Assembly: GCA_009602735.1 (NCBI GenBank)
Contig: WELA01001079.1
Coordinates: 186,001-234,964, forward strand
Direction of reading: 5' to 3'
Origin: Mesotaenium endlicherianum
Taxonomy: Eukaryota
Length of the DNA stretch: 48,964 nucleotides
Shown here: positions 12,327 through 25,400 of the stretch, in pieces
How positions within the stretch are numbered: the stretch's first letter is position 1
How the letters are laid out: each line of letters begins with the position of its first letter
The notes under the pieces: model-generated
The model's input: only the letters and a program-made list of their open reading frames with translations
The model's database searches: none
Told to the model about the DNA's origin: nothing
Program-made: the position numbers and the translations under genes

Positions 12327-13792
12327 ACGATGCTCAGATGGTCTTGCATCCTTTGCGGGAGCTTTCGCAGTCACCCTCTAAGTCTTTACCGTACCCCGTC
12401 TTCTCTAGCATTGGTCAGGTCACCTATACCAGTTGTACTGCGAAGTGCTCCACTTCCTCACCGCCGAAGTCAATCAGCTTGCGTGGTTCGTGCGTCCAAG
12501 ACCTGTTACTGCCTTGTCCAGCTCCTACAGCCCGCGCACCGACCCCGGTTGTTCCTCGTCCGGCCCCATTCATCCCACCACCTGCAGCCCAATTACGCGC
12601 CGGGGCATTGCTTCCTTCTTCTTTGTTCACTGTGTCTTCTGTTGCCCTTATGCAGTCACAGGAGGAGATCACGCGCAAGCTCCTCTATCGTCGTCCATGG
12701 CCCATTGCTTAGCCCGTATCGGCCACTTATGTTGCTCCCGCGTCTTCGTCCTGTCGTCCGCCCGGGCCACCCCTGGCCCCCGAGTCGCGAGCTCTTCACC
12801 CTTGCCAGCATCAGCGTCTCCAGCTGGGTTGTCTACTGTTGCTCCTCCTTTCTCTCCCGTTTTTGTACACAGCCCCTCAGGTAAGTCCTCCCTCTATCTT
12901 TTCTCACCCCTTTTGAACAGCAGCGTGCATTGCCTTTTAATGATATGCTCAATAACCCACACGCCTCTTTTCTCATCAATGGTCTCGCTCCCGGTGTAGT
13001 TCTCCTTGATAATGGTGCTCAGCCAGTCCTGTTAGGATAGGTTTTGTGTTGCCACCTTAACATCAACGTAACCGATTTTGAGCCCTGTCCAAACCCTGTT
13101 ATGTCTTCCCTTAACCACACTGCACACCAAACTCGTCGCTGTATTCCCATTACACTAAATGCACATTCACGTGCTGTTGTGCCCGTTCTTGTCCTCTTTG
13201 GCGTCTAGTCGTGTTCTCAGAGGGTGGAGGGTCACTGACAGGTTCTAGTGGTTAGTCGGGTTAGGGCGGTAGGCGAGGATGGTCTAGTCTATGTGCATTG
13301 GTGGTGAACACTGGGACCCATGATCCGCTCACAAGGTTTTGCTGTTGAGCAGCTGTGAGGCTCCCTCCTAGATCATGCGCACTTTCTTTACCTTCACAGA
13401 TGATGTTGCTGCCCATATGTGTGAAGGTTGACCATCAAGCTTGGTTTCCTGAAGGGTTGTTGCGGGTACCTAGTGGGATCTCCCATTATCCATGGCTAAA
13501 TTATCACCGTACCATAGGCAATCCTCATGAGAATGTCCAAGGATTGCAAGGGGTTAGAGAGAGTAAGGGACATTGGGGTGTCGGGTTCTTTTTGTCTTGG
13601 TGATTAGTCGTACGTGTGCGTGTCAACCTTTAGGTTTGCCTGTAGTTTATATGTAGTTTATTTCAGATTTGTATGAGATGACGCGATGACGCGTTCATCG
13701 TATTTGTGAGAGTATGATTTTGTTTCGTAGGCACTGGGCATAGCATTCAAGAGCACGCTGCTTACGCCGCGAGCTAACACCATTTCGATGTT

Positions 13793-14054
13793 AGCTTTGT
13801 GTGTTCGTTTTCACGAGTGAGATGATACTTGTTTCTAGATGACTTATATTCATGGTGTAAGTATTTGTGTACTCTCGCATTCCACACTTTTTATGTGTAG
13901 GTTGCTCGTAGTGCACGCCCCCACTCACATACAGTTGCTAACACCACATTCTTTCTCGCGGCCATAACATAGCTCTTCACTAATAGTTCGCTCGATATGA
14001 TAGGTCCATACGCCCTCGTTCTAGGTAGCTCTACCTCGCCTTAGCTTGTTTACA
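13793..14054 (+). repeat. Dispersed ~260-bp repeat, probably the LTR 3' end of the DNMT-Gypsy family (copy 1)
   Basis: Colinear with 32919-33179. Both end CTTAGCTTGTTTACA and lie upstream of DNMT-Gypsy coding remnants. No clear PBS follows, so LTR identity is inferred. Confidence 0.65.
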
Positions 14055-15999
14055 TACAAAGCTAACAAAGCCACCAAGGGTTAGAAGCTTGAGGCGGGTG
14101 GAGCCACTCGCAAGGGCGGAATCCGCTAGAGTCCTTCATGAGGTAAGCACTTCTCTGAGTTGAGCTTGTTTTCGCTCCTTATGTGCGCCAGCAGCTTCAA
14201 AGTCATATCTCTTAGGCCGTTTGTGTACTTGGGTAATTAATGTGTGATTCCTCGTGTTATCACTCGTGTGTGCACATGTGTTATTATGCGGCCCAACTAC
14301 TTGGGCCGGGTGTGTGATCACTTGTTTTAAGTTGTTAGTTCCGTGTGTTTTGAGTTCCTTTAGACCACTTGTTTGGTAGTATACGAGTCTCTGCATTTGG
14401 CCTTTTGTGTTGGCCAAGCTGTGTATTTCTCTGATGTTCTTTTGTGTGCTTTAAGCGTTAGTTGTGTGCGTCATTTAGGCGTGGGTCGGTGTGCGCGTGT
14501 GGGCGTGGGGGTGTGAAGGAATGCAAATAGAGCGTGTGTGTGCATTTGGAAGCAGCAGCTCTGTCAGCAGCAGCAGCTCCGTGAGTAGTAGCTGCATCAG
14601 CAATTGCTGCGCAGCAGCAATTGAGTCACCATCAGCTGATCAGCAGCAGTTGCGTTGGCAACGTTTGCGTCAGCAGCATCCAAGTCAGCAGTAGCTACTC
14701 GACAACAGCAGGTCAGCATCAGCTGAGTCAGCGACGGCTGTTCAGCTGCAGTTGCGTCAGCCACGTCTGCGTCAGCAGCAGCTGAGTCAGCAGCAGCTAT
14801 TTTGGGAGCAGCTGTACCCGCAGTTGCTGAGTCAGTAGCAGCTGTGTCAAGTACTCCTAATTTAGTAGCAGCTGCGGCAGTTGCTAACGCAGCTGAGTCA
14901 GCATCAGCGGCGCCAGCGATAGCAGCAGCTGCCGCTCTTGGACGCTATTTTTCTCGTTTGTTTGTGGATTGGGGCCAGGTGCCCCATTGCGCCGATGCTG
15001 CTAGTTGTTCTCACGCCGCTCTCTAACCAAGTTGCCTCGTCGGGGATTTGCAATTCTTCTCATGTTCCTTCCCCCGTGTTTGCCAAGTTCAAATGTAGTG
15101 GGTCCCTACCTGTTGCCTTTGAGCTAGTTGCATGCACAACACTCCAGGACGTACACGGAGTGGTACGTTATACCAGTGCAATTATGTGGACCATCCTCCT
15201 ACCTCCGCACTCTCGAGTGATTTGCCTGACTTTGAGCTTGGGAAGGGGGTTGATTCTAACTTGCTTTTGTTGCATCAATCGTCGCTTCTTTCCATCTTGG
15301 AGTCATATTCTGGATTATCTTTGGACCCCATTTTTGAGTCGTTGTCTTCTCACCTTGCCGATCGAGAGTCTCCGCCTGTGAGTTTTGTGATTGCATTCGA
15401 GTTTGGATTCTCAAACAAGCGATTTCAGTTCGGTTGTAAGGGATTTTTCACTCTAGCTTCTGCCACGTCGCTTTCTCAGACCTATATAGGGCACTCTAAT
15501 GGGATTTATATCGCTGCATTGGACTCTAAGATCGATGCTTCAATGGCCCTGATGCGCGCTCATAACCAAAATCTCACACGTTATTTGTTTTTTGACACTC
15601 TGTCCTCACTCCTCGACAGAGAGGCGCTATTGTTCTACCAGAGGTTCAGAGCTGACATCATCCAAACGGTGCCGGACGCCGTGCCTGGTGCCGTTCCTAT
15701 TCACAAATTTGAGGCCCCTCCGATCCCGCCTGCGGACCATCCTCGGGTGGCAGTTGCAGCTGCTGCCACTGCAGCCGCTGTGGCCGCCGGGTTGGACAAC
15801 GCAACAGCGGCAGTAGTTGTCGCAGTTGCTGGGCTGGGATCGGTTGGGGGTGAGGGTGGGAAACTTGCACTGCTTGGGGGGGGTGTGGGAGACCCTGTCG
15901 GACTGAGATTGGTTGAGTTCGCTCTATCGGCGTGCGCTTCTCTCGTCAAGCAGCTCGCGACACCATCAGTCCATGCCGAAGCGCCAGCAACAAACAGTG

Positions 16000-16719
16000 T
16001 GAAATGAATCCACTTACCAAATAGGCGATTAACAATTAATAAATATCTTCATATCAGCAAGTAGTCCGTATGGTATTTTCCGTTAACTGGTTAAACGGCA
16101 AAGGACAACACACTAGCAGTGAACAATACTCGGACGTCAAATGCGAGTAAACTAGCATCGATAATGCAATCAGTAAACTCACACATAAGCAAGGTTAGAA
16201 GACAGTGCGTACGAATGGCTTCTCGCCTTGGATTCAGATCTCTCTCAGTCAGCTGTACAAGAGAGTTGGCCTCGTTTCCGAATGCCGAACTCGAGAGCAA
16301 TGCCTAGCATAGGCACATGGAATGAGTTTACTGTTCAACGGCCAGTGCGAGGGGACCGCCGACCCGGGAGTTGACCACGTTGGTAGGACCTCGGTTAACC
16401 AAATCCACCGCCATCTCGCATCATCCCAAATTGCCATCCATCCTAAGGATGTCATCTGGCCATTCATCTAGCACACCACACTTAGATGCATATCTAGGCA
16501 GTTTGCTGCTACCAAGTACGGAAGTCAGCTGGCTGTCAAAGAATGTGTCAGCAAGCTGACTTAAGTTGACTACAGCCTGCTGCTTCCGGCTGAGTCATCA
16601 AACTGATATTAAATATGAAGTCCAGCAGACTGATTATTAAGTAGAGTTCAGCTGGCTGAACTTAATTAACTATTGAATTTAAGTGAACATCATATCTACT
16701 AATATTCTGATTCATTACA
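16000..16719 (-). repeat. 3' LTR of the family C element (720 bp)
   Basis: TGAAATGAATC...GATTCATTACA; adjacent to the PPT and the left TSD. Confidence 0.95.
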
Positions 16720-16831
16720 ATCCCTCCAACTTAAATTGTTGTCGCCTCGACAACATTAAACTGCAGAAGTCTTAAATAAGGGAATTGAACCTGGCCATCC
16801 TTCCCCGCTGACTGCCTTTTCAGTCTCTCAC

Positions 16832-18507
16832 CTAGGGGGTTGTTCCTGGGGCTTCAGGATGAGGAGACACAGATCTGGACCTAGATCTGGACAGCCCTCT
16901 AGGTTTGTCAGCTGGCCTTCTAAAGAATCCAGTTTGTTCTAAAGTTGGACCTTGAGGAGAACGAAGGATGGTAGCCTGCTCTTTAACTACTTGGGTGTTG
17001 ATCCCCACATAGACAGGCAATCCAGTAGGTTGCTAAAATACATTTGCAAGAGGTACATGCCCTTGAGCAAAGGGGGAGGCCGGCATACCTCTGCCCACCC
17101 CGCGTGTCCCTCTTCTGGCACTCCTGTCCTTTGGGGATTTCTACCTGTGTTTGCTGCCAAGTATAGTCAGATCAACGTCTTCCCCTGCTTGGGCAGGTGG
17201 GCTGGGGGACCGAGTGCGGGGTCCACTTGCCTCCATGACCGGGATCACGTTCCATATACCTGATCTTGGTTCCTTAGGAAGTGCTCCTGCCTGCCCCTGG
17301 GTGTCTCGAGTACCACCTCCTGATGCTTCTCCTTTGCCTTGTTCTTCTTCCTCATCCTTCTCATCTTCCTTCTCTGAGAGAGTAGGAGTCTCGTCGACTA
17401 AGTCGTCCTGCTCCCTAGTAGACATAGAGTAGTCTACTGACCCCCCTTTCTAAGGGCGTGCTGGAGGTTGCTTGGCCTTCAGCCTGCTGATATCTATCCG
17501 GCCTGCATTCTTCGCCCATTTGACGAAGGCATGCTTTCCCTTAGAGAAGTAGTCTTTCCCCCTCCTCTTGTGCTCTTTGGTCTCTGCATTCATATTGCTC
17601 AGGCAACCATTCAGCCTAGGGTCCCAAGGGGAAATGCGCGGTGGTAGGATGAGGTAGCCGTCTAGGCCATAGTGGAATCGTCTGGTTGGGCTCAGTCACA
17701 CTCCTGCTTTTTTTTTGTGATGGTCATCCACCTCGAGTCTGTTGGCTGCTAGTAGTACTGGGGTCCATGCTTAGCCTTTCTTAGTTTACATGGGAACCAG
17801 TGAAGAGAGAACATCTGCTCTCCTGCTTCCCTGGCCAAGTACTCCCAGCTCCTTCTCTCAACTTCATTGTAAGCTGGCAATAGTGTGAGGTAGAATACCG
17901 TATCCTTAAAGCTATTGGGCCGCATGCTCACCATCCTGATGAGTCTCTGATCTCCCACAATTGCTGATATTGGGACTGGCTTGTTCTCTGAATTATTGGC
18001 AAGGTACCGGGCCTGCTCTGCTGTATAGCCCACCATCTTGGCATAATCCTCAAAGGGGACCACACCAGTGTGTGTTTCAATGTACCTATCCAGTGCTGCA
18101 GTTCCTTCCCTCTGTAGCAGTGTTGTCTGGTCCAGCTTGTAGATCTCTTGGGCTGCCAGCAATGCTTCCTTCAGGTTATCAAAGTTTTGGCCACCCACCA
18201 CAGTATACTTGTAAGTGGCCAAGCTCTTCTGCCTGTCCGCTTCAGCCGTTTTCCTTCTCTCCTCCTCTGCCGCTGTCGCTTCTACTTGTTGTTTCTTCTG
18301 TCTCTCCTCCTCAGCTTTCCTGAGGTTTTTTGCTTCCTGATCCTTCTTCCTCTGTGCTTCTTCTGCCGCCTCTTGTTGTTTACGGACCCTTTCTTGTTCT
18401 CTCCTGGTGAGGGACGTCGCCGCCAGTTCCTTTTGGTATTGCTCCATTGTCCTCCTGGCTTCTTCTGCCTTGCGCTTTGTGTCCTCCTTTTGTGTGGTGG
18501 GAGCCAT
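16832..18507 (-). pseudogene. Extra ORF between integrase/chromodomain and PPT (coiled-coil N-terminus, unknown function)
   Basis: ATG at 18507 (MAPTTQKEDTKRKAEEARR) is open to 17749. Same-strand pieces follow at 17141-17425 and 16832-17020. Sense to gag-pol. Confidence 0.7.
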
Positions 18508-18982
18508 TTTGCACATGTAACCAGGGCACAAGTTGGTAGGATATCGACCTTTGTCCTAGAAGTTCGTATTAATATGGCAGGAAGGGAGTAAGTTCGTATT
18601 AATATGGTATATTTGTTCCTGTTTACCTTACAGGGTGATTGCTAGGAGTTGACGTAGTTGCGGTGCGCTAAACATAAACGTATGAATGTGTTTCAGGTTT
18701 GTTAAGTGATGTATGGCTGTGCAAGGCCCTTTTTCCTTCAGTTAAAGGTGCTTTATGTGGGCCAGGCTGTCCCATCTGTCACTATGCTGACACTTAGGGT
18801 TCACATAACTGTCCCTTTCTCGCTCTCGCACATTTACTGTCATATATTTTCCAATCCAACTTAAATGGAGACAAGACCTCCTGTCACCTTCCCGTGTCAA
18901 CTCAAATGACTGTAAGGGAGGTGCTCCAGCCGCCTGAAGGTGGAACCGTTTCAATGCCCCTTTGGCATTAGTCAGCTTGTCT

Positions 18983-21230
18983 TTAAAATTCCCAAGTGTC
19001 CCCAGAGGCAACGTAACCCTTCCATTGATTGAGGAACTTCATGACATATTTAGACGATCGACGGACCGAGCGCGCGTCTAAAATCTTCTCAACCTCATCT
19101 TCCTCAGGGTCGCCGTCCCGGACAGCGGGGACTGGTCCCGATTGGACAGGTAACCGACCTGTGAACAGTGTATCACCTTTGATGTATGGTTCTAGGAAGG
19201 AGACGTTAAAGACCGGATGACCCTTGTATTCGGCTGACATGTTCAGTTTGTAAGCATTCTGACCGACACAACGCACCACCGAATATGGACCGACCCAGAC
19301 AAGGCCAAGCTTTTTCTTGACCACACCAGAGAGGTACAGGTGTTGAGAATGCAGTTTGACTAAATCGCCCTTAGAAAAGGTCAGTTCTCGACGGTGCTGA
19401 TTAGCATACTTTTGTTGGTTTTCTTGGACTCTGTGTAGGTTCTGCTGGACTCCTGAGACTCCTGCTGGACTCCTGCTGGCTCTCAGTACCTCTTGCAAAA
19501 CTCGGTTAGTTCTTTCAGTCTGCCCATCAGTCTGAGGGTGGTTTGCTGTGCTGAGCAGCTGCCTGACTCCCATTAACCCCATTAAAGGTGTCCAAAATTT
19601 AGAGGTAAATTTTGAGTCCCTGTCTGAGATTACATTAGAGGGTAGCCCATGTTGGCATACTACATGGTTGTAGAACTGTCTCGCTGTTTCGAGGGCAATT
19701 ACTTTGACAGTTGTGGGGATGAAAATGACCATTTTTGTCAATTTATCCACGACTACGAGTATCGAATCATGCCCATTGGCAGTTCGTGGCATTGTGACCA
19801 CCCAGTCCATGGATATTGTTTCCTAGCGGCGAGCTGGGATGGGCAGCGGTTGTGAGAGGCCCCTCAGTGGTGTGTGCCTAAACTAATTCTTTTGACACTG
19901 GTCACAGGACTTAACGTATTTCAAGACCTCTCGAGGTATCCCTCCCTATGATAATGTTTTGCCAGTTTGCCAACAGTTTTGGCCTGCACCAAATGCCCAC
20001 CCAGTAAACTGTCATGTGCTTGACTCAATAAAAGGGACCTTATTTCCACGTTATTTTTGGCCTGCCCCAAATGTCCACCCAGGAGACTGTCATGAGCTTG
20101 ACTCAGTAAGAGAGACCTTATTTCCAAATTATTAAGAATGACCAGCTTCAGCCTGCCTGAAGTGGTTTCAGTCACTGAGACCTCTCCCTTAAGCTTATAC
20201 CCGAGTGCAGTAGCACAACACATACCAGTAGTGGGGCTGGGCTCAAATGTTCGGTCAGAAAGGTAGGCTTTTCTAAGTTGTTCAAGGAAGGACTTTTTCA
20301 CCTTTAGTGAAGTGAGTGCACACAGGACTTTATCTACAGCATGCTGACTAAAGTTCCTTTCTTCCAAGTCAGGTCTTCTAGAGAGTGCATCAGCAAGATT
20401 TAACTTCTCTGGTTTGTAGTCGATCTGGACTTGAAACTGCTCCAGCATCTGGCTTCAGCGGTTCTCCCTCCTGGACAGCTTGGACTTCTTCTGAAAGTGA
20501 GTCAGAGCTAGATGATCTGTAATCACCTTAAAAGCTTTACCATGTAAGTATGCTCTCCACTTTATCATGCACCGAGTAATTAATCTCCGCTGGATTAAAT
20601 TTCATAGACTCGTACAACACAGGATGTCACTCCTGCCGTACCTTACCATCCTTTGTGGTTTTGTCCGCAGGCTGCAACAAAATAGCACCCATGGCAAAGT
20701 CAGAGGCATCAGTGACCACCTGCACCAGTTTGCTGGGGTCATACACGGCTAGCACCGGGGCAGAACAAAGAGCATCTTTAAGGGTCTCGAAGGCAACCTG
20801 CTGCTCTTCCCCCCACACATACCCTATGTCTTTTTTGATAAGGTCAGTCAATTTACTGGCCTTTGTAAAATATTTCTCAATAAATCTCCTATAGTAGGCA
20901 ACCTGAGGAAGGATCTGACTTCAGAGACCAACTGTGGTATTGGCCAATCCCTTATGGTCTGGACTTTCTTAGGATCCACACAAATGCCTTCTTTATTGAC
21001 AACATGGCCTAAGAATTCAATACTTTCTTGAAAGAAATCACACTTGCTCATTTTAGCAAACAAGTGATTTTTTCTCAGAGTGTTCATGACTGTTTTTAAG
21101 TGTCTAGAGTGCTGAGCTTCATCTTTAGAGAAAATTAAAGTATCATCGTGGAAGACTTTCACAAACTTATCCAAGTAAGGTCTGAAAATGTCATTCATAG
21201 CACCCATGAAGGGCGCAGAAGCATTGGTGT
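18983..21230 (-). pseudogene. pol remnant of family C: RT C-terminal half, RNase H, integrase, chromodomain
   Basis: FVKVFHDDTLIFS (RT), VVTDASDFAMGAIL and NLADALSRRPD (RNase H), AHDSLLGGH, MDWV...VVDKLTK...ISDRDSKF...HPQTDGQTERTN (integrase core), EVEKILDAR...QWKGY...DTWE (chromodomain). Frameshifted; protease and RT N-terminus deleted. Confidence 0.93.
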
Positions 21231-21439
21231 ACCTTTTTCTCCACCACTTCTTCAGGTTGAGGAGGTACCTCTCTTAGCAGCAGACAGAACATTCTGTCTT
21301 CCTTCTGGTTCCAGCTTTTGACGAACTCCATTGCATTCAGCAACTTGCATCCTTCTGGAAGCCTCTTCTTTTCCTTCAGGAGCCATCCACACAGGACAAG
21401 AGGAAGAGCACTGGTGGGTGCCAAGTTAGTCTGCCCATC

Positions 21440-22876
21440 ACGGGCTCCTCTCACTTTAAATGTACCTCTGCTCTCTGAAGTGACCCGTCTGCTGGCACTG
21501 GAAGCAAACAGATTTTGCTGAGGCTGGTCTCGGCTTAGTCCTACCACCACCTCTTCAATAGCCGCCTCGAGAGAAACCACCTCTACCTCTAGAGTGTATA
21601 GCATTATACTCATACTCATATCCATCATCCTGATCATCCTCAGCCTGGTCTCCTTCAATTGCATTGTAGGAACCGTGGGGCTTTTTGACAATCTTAGACA
21701 CCAAAGCATTACTCTGGCGCTTGTGATTGAATTGCTATTGATCCCAGGCATCAGCATCCTGGATCAAGTCAGCCAGTTTTTCATACTTCTTTTTAGCAAA
21801 ATGACCCGAGACTTCGGATTTCATGCCATACTTGAAGTATGCTATCCATACAGTTCTGGCACGTGTAGCCGTTTCATCATGTTCTCCTGGAACTTTTGAG
21901 CAAACTTAGCAACTGAAGTGGTCTGCTTCAGGGTCAGAGAGATCATCGCATAGATAGCTTTCTCCCGCTGGTTGATGACATCAAACTTCTCATGCAACTT
22001 CTTGACAAACTCTACCCACGTAGGGTCACCGAGTTGCCGAGCCTTACGCTCTCCTTTCCAGTATAGCCACCAGTCTGCGGCACTGCCTTTCAGTAGCGCA
22101 CCGGTGTGCCTGACCTTCTCGTAATCTTGCAGTTCTGGGTAGTTCTCCAGCCACTGCTCAACATCCGCGAGAAACTTGATCAGGTAGTATTTTCAGTTTC
22201 CCTCAGGATCATAGTCCTGGGGAGGTTTCGGCTTGGGATTACTAGGCCCTCTGTCACCACCACCAATGGTTTGAGACCCCAGTTGGTCTCTGTCCCGCAG
22301 TAGAGACATTATGATTCTTTTGTCCTCCTGTTGGGACTGATACATGGTCGCCATTTGCGACTGCATTTGAACGAACAATGCTCCCAAGTCTACACTCTGG
22401 GGTGGTAGTCTAGCAAATGCAGCAGCAGCATTGGCATCTACTCGCTGAGTAGTGTCCTCAACAGTCCCTCTCGCTCCTGCAGCAGCAATTCCTGCCGCAT
22501 TCAGCCGGTCACGTATTTGACCTAGGGGTACATTGAGTTGTACAGCAGGAGGTGGGTTCAGAACATTGGCCCTTGATGCCATAAGTTCTTCAACAGTGCG
22601 CTCGTCAGCTGGCTGTCCTTCCCTCCTTTGTATATCTTCAGCGGCCTTTGCTACTTGTTCAGCTTCTAGTCTGGCTATCTCCTCCTCAGCTTGCTGAGCT
22701 GCGACTGAGGCAATAGCAGCTGCCTCATCTGCAGCCTCCCTAGCTGCAGTATCCGCTACTGCTTCCGAATAGGTACGGTTTCCCGCTACATGGCTTTCCG
22801 CCTGGTTTTCGACATTCTCGTTATCCTGGTTCTCCATGTCTCGGGAGTTGCTAGTTTGAGACCTTGTCCTTACCAT
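21440..22876 (-). pseudogene. gag of family C
   Basis: ATG at 22876 just after the PBS (MVRTRSQTS), PKPKPPQDYD, and a zinc-knuckle remnant VCFQCQQTGHFRE near 21470-21510. Frameshifted. Confidence 0.85.
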
Positions 22877-22910
22877 ACAAAGAAGACTGTGATAACTGCT
22901 CCGATACCAC

Positions 22911-23683
22911 TGAAATGAATCGACTTACCAAATAGGCGATTAACAATTAATAAAGATCTTTATATCAGCAAGTAATCTTTATGGTATTTTCCGTTAACTG
23001 GTTAAACGGCAAAGGACAACACACTAGCAGTGAATAATACTCGTAAGTCAAATGCGAGTAAACTAGCATCAATAATGCAAATCAGTAAACTCATACATAA
23101 GCAAGGTTAGAAGACAGTGCGTATCAATGGCTTCTCGCCTTGGATTCAGATCTCTCTCAGTAAGCTGTACAAGAGAGTTGGCCTCGTTTCCGAATGCCGA
23201 ACTCGAGAGCAATGCCTAGCGTATGTACATGGAATGAGTTTACTGTTCAACGGTCAGTGCGATGGCACCGCCTACCCGGGAGTTAACCACGTTGGTAGGA
23301 CCTCGGTTAACCAAATCCACCGCCATCTCCCATCATCCCGAATAGCCATCCATCATAGGGATGTCATCTGGCTATTCATCTAGCATATCGCACTTAGATG
23401 CATATCAAGGCAGTTCGCTGCTACCGAGTACGGAAGTCAGCTTGCTGTCAAAGAATGTGTCAGTAAGCTGACTTATATGGACTTTCAGCCTGCTGCTTTC
23501 CACTGAGTCAGCAAACTGATAATTATGTAAAGTCCAGCAGACTGACTATTAAGTAAAGTTCAGCAAACTGACTATTAACTAAAGTCTAGCAAACTGAATA
23601 ATAACTAAAGGTCAGCAGGCTGAACTTAATTAACTATTATATTTAAATGAATATTATATCTACTAATATACTGATTCATTACA
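22911..23683 (-). repeat. Internal (middle) LTR of the family C element (773 bp)
   Basis: Same termini as the other two LTRs, has its own PBS, and carries two extra ~26-bp repeat units. Confidence 0.95.
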
Positions 23684-24246
23684 TCGCCATTTGCGACTGC
23701 ATTTGAACGAACAATGCTCCCCAAACTACACTCTGGGGTCGTAGTCTAGCAAATGCAACAGCAGCATTGGCATCTACTCGTCGAGTAGTGTCCTCAACAA
23801 TCCCTCTCGCTCCTGCAGCAGCAATTCGTGCCGCATTCAGCCGGTCACGTATTTGACCTAGGGGCACATTGACTTGTACAGCAGGAGGTGGGTTCAGGAC
23901 ATTGGCCCTGGATGCCATAAGTTCTTCAACAGTGCGCTCGTCAGCTGGCTGTCCTTCCCTCCTTTCTGTATCTTCAGCAGCCTTTGCCAATCGTTCAGCT
24001 TCTAATCTGGCTCTCTCCTCCTCAGCTTGCTGTGCTGCGACTGCAGCAATAGCAGCTGCCTCATCTGCAGCCTCTCTAGCTGCAATATCTGCCACTGCTT
24101 CAGAATAGGTATGGGTTCCCGCTACATGGCTTTTCGCCTGGTTTTCGACAATCTCGTTATCCTGGTTCTCCATGTCTCGGGAGTTGCTAGTTTGAGACCT
24201 TGTCTTTACCATACAAAGAAGACTGTGATAACAGCTCCAATACCAC
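23684..24246 (-). pseudogene. Duplicated PBS plus 5' part of gag, cut by the middle LTR
   Basis: Near-identical to 22348-22910. ORF 23679-24212 (MVKTRSQTS) ends exactly at the LTR boundary. Confidence 0.92.
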
Positions 24247-24966
24247 TGAAATGAGTCAACTTACCAAATAGGCGATTAACAATTAATAAAGATCTTTATA
24301 TCAGCAAGTGATCTTTATGGTATTTTCCGTTAACTGGTTAAACGGCAAAGGACAACACACTAGCAGTGAAGAATACTCGTAAGTCAAATGCGAGTAAACT
24401 AGCATCAATAATGCAATCAGTAAACTCATACATAAGCAAGGTTAGAAGACAGTGCGTATCAATAGCTTCTCGCCTTGGATTCAGATCTCTCTCAGTAAGT
24501 CGTACAAGAGAATTGGCCTCGTTTCCGAATGCCGAACTCGAGAGCAATGCCTAGCATATATACGTGGAATGAGTTTACTGTTCAACGGCCAGTGCGGTGG
24601 CACCGCCTACCCGGGAGTTCACCACGTTGGTAGGACCTCGGTTAACCAAATCCACCGCCATCTCCCATCATCCCGAATTGACATCCATCATAGGGATGTC
24701 ATCTGGCCAGTCATCTAGCATATCGCACTTAGATGCATATCGAGGCAGTTCGCTGCTACCGAATACGGAAGTCAGCTGGCTGTCAAAGAATGTGTCAGCA
24801 AGCTGACTTAAGTTGACTTCAGCCTGCTACTTTCGGCTGAGGCACTAAACTGATATTGAATATGAAGTCCAGCAGAGTGGTGATTAACTAGAGTTCAGCA
24901 AGCTAGACTTAATTAACTATTGAATTTAAATGAACATTATATACACTAATATACTGATTCATTACA
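24247..24966 (-). repeat. 5' LTR of the family C element (720 bp)
   Basis: TG...CA termini, adjacent degenerate PBS TGGTATTGGAGC, and the right TSD. Confidence 0.95.
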
Positions 24967-24971
24967 CAGTG

Positions 24972-25400
24972 ATGGGCATTGTGTTGCCCTTGCATGGTCC
25001 TGCGCCTGGGGCTGTTTTAGATTGCGTTGACACACTTCTGCAGATGTTTCGTCAGCACTTCCCTACTAACACTCGCTCCCGCCAAGATGAGTTGAGGGAC
25101 TTCATGTGCTTTGCGAGCGAGAATCCTAGTATAGCCTATGAGCGTTTCCAGCAGTGGCGAGAGAATACAGGCATGTAGGTGGATGTGATCCACGCTTGCA
25201 TCAAGTTCATCAATGAAATTCTTTGCTTTCGCTTCCTTGTTTCAAGCCCTTAACCACCAGTGGGAGTGCATGCAGTGCAGTTACCTGCTGCGTCAACCAC
25301 TGCCGCCGTCATGGGAGCGGGACCTGCTGCAACACCCAAGCGTGTTGTTCTCGTCTATGACTACTGTTGTCAGAAGGGGCACATAGTGGAGAATTTGTTC
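24972..25400 (+). pseudogene. gag remnant of DNMT-Gypsy copy 1
   Basis: LLQMFRQHFPTNTRSRQDELRDFMCFASENPSIAYERF (retrotransposon-gag pattern) and YDYCCQKGHIVEN (degenerate CCHC knuckle). Confidence 0.65.

Larger units (their letters stand above)
16000..24966 (-). mobile_element. Chromodomain-bearing Ty3/Gypsy element, family C, with three LTRs
   Basis: Perfect TSD CAGTG at 15995-15999 and 24967-24971. LTRs at 16000-16719, 22911-23683 and 24247-24966. tRNA-Met-type PBS TGGTATCGGAGC at 22898-22909. PPT TTAAGTTGGAGGGAT at 16720-16734. gag, RT, RNase H, integrase and chromodomain remnants on the minus strand. Confidence 0.95.

Noticed and set aside
14491..15026. Gln/Ala/Ser-rich ORFs
   Set aside because: They come from CAG/GCA-rich low-complexity sequence and have no domain motifs.
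18148..18591. Hydrophobic plus-strand ORF that looks like a membrane or env protein (also 23869-24108 and 30608-30907)
   Set aside because: Antisense shadows of charged or low-complexity minus-strand ORFs.
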